From the human T2T-CHM13v2.0 reference genome, Homo sapiens: a DNA stretch of 64,000 nucleotides. The notes below the pieces were generated by a model. That model searched no databases. It worked only from the letters and a program-made list of their open reading frames with translations, and was not told where the DNA came from. Positions within the stretch are counted from its first letter, which is position 1; every line of letters begins with the position of its first letter. The DNA lies in the NCBI RefSeq assembly GCF_009914755.1, contig NC_060930.1, one strand, 5' to 3'. This document shows, in pieces, positions 57,426 to 64,000 of this stretch. A program made the translations under genes and the position numbers.

Positions 57426-58615
57426 TATATACAATGGGCTTGTTTTCCTATCTCTAGGTCTAGAATTATCCTTTCCAGAATTCTAAAATTTTCTGATTTC
57501 AAAATATAATACTCTTGTGTTCATAGTGCTGGTTGAAATACTAAGGAATGTTTCTAGTTGAGTTAAACTACACGTTGGCAAAACATAATATGATTTGGTA
57601 AGAAGGTCTGAAGACGTTCTTCCACAGTCTTGTTCATAATGCTAGCTATTCCACTATTCATTCCACTGCATTAAACATATCCCTATTGATTTTATTTTAC
57701 CCCCAACATTTTATTACAAAACATTTCCGACACAGAAAAGCTGAAGGAATTGGATGGTAAGCACTCATTACATACTCCCTGGGCTCAAACTGTTAACATT
57801 TTGCTATATTTTGTTTTAAGACATTTTCCTTCCTTAATACATTTACTTTTTATGTATTTCAAACAAATTTCCTTTTTAAAATGAAAATGAAAATATTTCT
57901 AAGGTATTATACACTTTCTAGTTATCAATTCTGTCTTGGATTTGCTCTGTTAATGATTAGACAGATAACACAAAACTAAATATCTGTGATTCTACATCCT
58001 TGTACACTAGTCCAGGAGCCCAGGATACGTATCCCAAGGCCAGCCTTAGGCATAGTGAGTTGCCTAGAGAGTGAGCCCCATAACCTACCATAAATTTTGA
58101 AAGGCCACCATGAGAAATTTATTCTTTTGATTCAATTATGATCTTTTAAAGTAAAAGTTTTTCTGGGTTGGGTGACACTGGTGAACCTACTAAGTATTTC
58201 CCCATTAGTATAATTTAGTTTCTCATTGAGGTTTTTGGAGGCAGAATAATACAGAACAGTCAAAGGGCAGTGAACTCACTTGGGGTAGGGCCTACTAGAA
58301 ATGGAAAAAGCTAAGGAAACAGAGATTTAAAAGTTTTGGGGACAAATTTTGTCACTTTACACCATACCCCAAATAGCACTGAAGAACATAATCCTTCCAG
58401 GACCCCTTACCCCTCTAGCTCTGAGAGCCGCGTGCACTCTGATCTTCTGCTGATCTCTCAGATTGAGAACTCTCTGGTGAATACGGCCTTTTCCCTTTCA
58501 TTCACAGAGCAGCAAGAGTCAGGAGTCTGGCTGGTAGTTAAAATCCCGGTTCAATTGATGGCCAAACTGAAACTATACTCTTATTATTTGGACTGCCCAA
58601 AATAATCATTGTCTA

Positions 58616-58897
<282 letters not shown>

Positions 58898-59426
58898 GAA
58901 TCGAAACTCCTGCCCTTCAGACTGAAGATGAACAAGTAACTCCTTACACTGCCCCCGAATCTTGGCCATAAGCCAAGAATGAACTCTAGGCCTTTACTCA
59001 CCAATATCTGCAGGGAGGATGGTCCCATAATAGAAAAATATTACCTATTACTTTCATAGGTAAGTATTATTATCCCCATTCCAGAGACAAGGAATATGAA
59101 AGTTGGACAAATTTGGGGCACTTGTTTAGAATCAGTACAAGATAAGACCAGCAAAGTTTGAGTCTTTGACATGGGGTGCAAATATGATTAAATATCCAGA
59201 GGCAGCTGAGATTCAAAAATAGTTCATCCATCACTGACTAACTGCATGATCAGGACAAGGTCCCTCATTTTCTCTACGACTTACTCCTTTCATTTGGAAA
59301 TTATTCTTATGTTTGCTCCAAAAATTCATTAAACAAATGTTTATTGTCTGTAGTAAACAAGTGTCTCTATGTGCCCAGCACTGTCCTATCAATATGGTAA
59401 TATTAGAGAAATAAGAGAGTAATTTA

Positions 59427-59830
<404 letters not shown>

Positions 59831-59912
59831 TCACTTAAGTTTTAAATTTTTTTTCCTCCCTTGACACTCATGTATTCCATATCTCCACTAAGCAGCTGGA
59901 TTATACACATAT

Positions 59913-59913
<1 letters not shown>

Positions 59914-59959
<46 letters not shown>
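59914..59959. repeat. (GATA)n tetranucleotide STR
   Basis: About 11 units. Confidence 0.97.
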
Positions 59960-59960
<1 letters not shown>

Positions 59961-61555
59961 AATATATATTAAATCCCTTGTGTTTATCACACACCATGAA
60001 AATGTTGCTTTCATTTTCTTACCACGGAGCTACACCTTAAAAAAGACACAGTGAGGCTACAAACACTGGGTGCAAACCCAGGCCAAACGCTTTTCAAAAG
60101 ATAAGGGCAATGGCATCTTCCTTCTGGTTTGTACATCTAGTATTTAGTCTATATACTAAGTAAACATTACCATCTCTTTCTTTGGATTCAGATGAACCCT
60201 CAAATTATTTATCAGCTTAGCACCTATTTATGTTTTTGCAAGGGCACAAATACATTGCATTGCCAACAGCTGAGAAGCACCAGCTAAAACCTTCAGAGTG
60301 TGCAGCAGCTCAACAGGAAATACATCCTTTTCTGGTTGAAATATTTTTACCATGATGTTTTGACAAAACAACGAGCAATTACGATGATGACATATACTTA
60401 TATTTCAGCTAGAATTACACACAAATCTACAAACCAAAACAGAATAAAAACAAGTATAAGCTCTGGCTGTACACAGGCACAACAAAACATTTGGGCTGTC
60501 TACTTGAAAACAGATACTTTAATATATTAACTCTGCCCTGCAATGTTTACTCACGGCCTCTATTCCGCATTCTCATCGCCAGTCCCAGGTACTCCAGACT
60601 CCTCATCAACTGCTTTGGTCAGAATAGGAACAGACTACTTGCTCCTTAGTAGGGATAATGTTATGTTGAACTCAAGTTTTGACTTTTACAATGAGACATG
60701 GGCACAAGCTCATTTCCTTTTGTGGTTTCATACTTGACAGAAATTCACCAGAAACAACTAACTCAAGAACGAGAAACTAATCTATATCCTCCTTAGAGTT
60801 ACATCCTGGCACCTTGATCAAACCCATGACTAAACTCTCATTGGTTTAAATATTATTTTTCAGACTGAAGTATTAATAATGTAAGTACGCTTTAGCTTCA
60901 AGCATTAAGACACTTCAACATGGAAAGTTTCTAAAAACACTATGTATTCCGTTTGCTGTTTCTTTTTAACTTCTTAGTCTCCTCACAGGTGCAAGTTATT
61001 AATCTATTTACAGCATATCGCATGATCAACATCAGCTTTTGAAATATATTTTCAGATGGCTGTCTAGATATATCTAAGTCTGGAGAACAATTTTACAACA
61101 TATGAATGACTACTTTAGCAATTAATAATAGCAATAATTCCATGGCATTTTTATACAACACTTTTCCTAAATCAAAAAGTATTGCATAACCATAATCTTC
61201 TTAATCTTCAAAATATTCAAAATCTTGTCATTATTTTACACTAAGAGAAACGTAAGTATGAAGAAATAGAATCGATGCCATAATGTCTTCATTATAAACA
61301 ATACATCATGAACACTTAGCTACTCTAGACACTGAAGATGCAAAGAAATGGTCTTTGCATATCAAAGTCCTCATATTCTTGGAATGAGGTCACAAACATT
61401 GAAAAGAATAATAACACAATGCCACATAATGGCACAACCAAAAGAGAAATAAGAATTCAGAGGACCAAGAACATACTGAGGGCTGAGAATTTCATAAGTG
61501 ACATCACAGGAGTTGTGGAATGTAAAAGAAAACAGGTTAGAAAATTAGAAGGGAA

Positions 61556-61875
<320 letters not shown>

Positions 61876-62674
61876 AATTAGAAGGGAAGAAACAGTGTCG
61901 GCAGGAAGAGTGGCATAATCCAGGTCTTTGGGGAGGGAAGTTCATGGCATGTTTGAAGCAAACAGGATCCAATCTCTAAAATATTATCTCTCTGAAGGCT
62001 TCACAGGCATCATTTAGCTAAAGCAATAGATCTGGTCTAATTCAATTCATCGAACATGCTAAAAAATATTAAGAGAGCAGGTAGTGCTAGACTTCTCCTA
62101 AAATTAAGAAAAACAGATGAATGGGCTCACAAACGTAACTGAAGGTTGCTGTGATAATTTCCCACAATTTGTACCCACCAAATATCTTTCATTTTGATAC
62201 ATCATGATAAAGTCTTTACATTGCAAAATTATAGGATGATTTACTGTATAATAAGGTATTGCTTTCAGTTTGAAGAATTCAGAAATGAATCAAGTGTTGT
62301 GATTAGCATTACTACCCTCTATGCGTAACTCCATGTAAATTCCTCATTGTGTTCACTGAGAAAATGAAGCTTTGTGAAAGTAGCCAAATTCATTTTGAAC
62401 TCAAATCATTAACATGTTGGTAAAAGCCATCTCATACATGTATCCCCCGTTTTAAAAAGTATATATTCATAGGAAACTGCTCACACATCTACCATGTGTG
62501 CTCCAGAGTTTTCTGTTGGCCCACGGATTGAGAAAAACATGGGTTTTCACCTAAATATACAGAGAGAAATTTTCCTGAAAATACACTTCTTGTTGATATC
62601 ACATCAATCAAGAGGCTCTGAGCCTCTTAAACTCTGTTTAATGGTTCCTGAAGTATGAGGATAAGCATCTCTAA

Positions 62675-63298
<624 letters not shown>

Positions 63299-63946
63299 TA
63301 GACAGTTTTATACATTGTTTTTACCTGTTTATGCCTGGTTTTCTTCTTAACTGTACACATTCTCCTAGACTGATTTTAGTCTCAGATCAAGTTTAAACTT
63401 GACGATAGGGACATTTATTACAGTTTGTTAACATCACAATAATTAAGATGACTGATCCATTTAACAGAGATGTATCACAGCCTATTATGTGCCAGGCAGG
63501 GCACTCGGGGTATAGAAGTAACAAAGACAGGGCCCTGCTTCCTGGAGAACATAACCTCAAGGCATTTGGGTCTGTTCTTCATTATGAGCCTTTGAATCTG
63601 TTTTTCCTCTTTGCCTAGGATGTCTTCTCGCTGCCTTTCCACCAATCTTTCCCTTTCATTTCCAACTCAAAGTCAATCTGGGATATTTTTTTAAAACGTT
63701 GTGCACATAGAAGGTATTTAATAAATGAATAAAGTATGACTAAAAATAAATGAATATAAATTACCAGGAAACAACTACAGTAAATTAAAAGTGATAATAA
63801 ATATTCCCTGAACAAAACCAGCTCCACAGTATTAGCTAATGTTGCAAATACAACAGTAGTTTTTCACGTTTCAAGTATATCTACCCAGCAAAATCACATC
63901 TGTGAACCATAACATTGTGCTTTCTCTTAAAAATATTATGCCAGCG

Positions 63947-64000
63947 GCCAGGCACGGTGGCTCACGCCTGCAATCCCAACACTTTGGGAGGGCGAGGCGG
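63947..64000 (+). mobile_element. Alu 5' end cut by the window edge
   Basis: ggccaggcacggtggctcacgcctg. Confidence 0.9.

Overview
Human (or very closely related primate) genomic DNA from the ESR1/SYNE1 overlap region (6q25, from recall). The minus strand carries 17 consecutive coding exons from the 3' part of SYNE1 (nesprin-1). I number them about 129-145 by counting back from the KASH exon, which lies left of this window. All have intact AG/GT ends and compatible phases. The minus strand also holds the 69-nt DV23 cassette exon and the first coding exon of nesprin-1-alpha2, which has a GC donor. On the plus strand, inside the last SYNE1 intron, is the terminal exon encoding the 27-aa C-terminus of the ESR1 isoform ER-alpha36, so the two genes interleave antisense. 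The rest is intronic: about 25 Alus, L1/L2/MIR remnants, MER DNA-transposon fossils, a THE1 solo LTR and microsatellites. I do not see a new gene system. The best leads are: (i) a splice acceptor that would make the alpha2 first exon a poison or stop-restart exon; (ii) a candidate KASH-less terminal exon; (iii) inverted Alus around exon blocks that would give stop-free circular RNAs; (iv) a ~475-bp nested AT-rich palindrome; (v) a DUX4-motif LTR near the muscle isoform start. Exon boundaries were read by hand. Repeat boundaries and family names are approximate.
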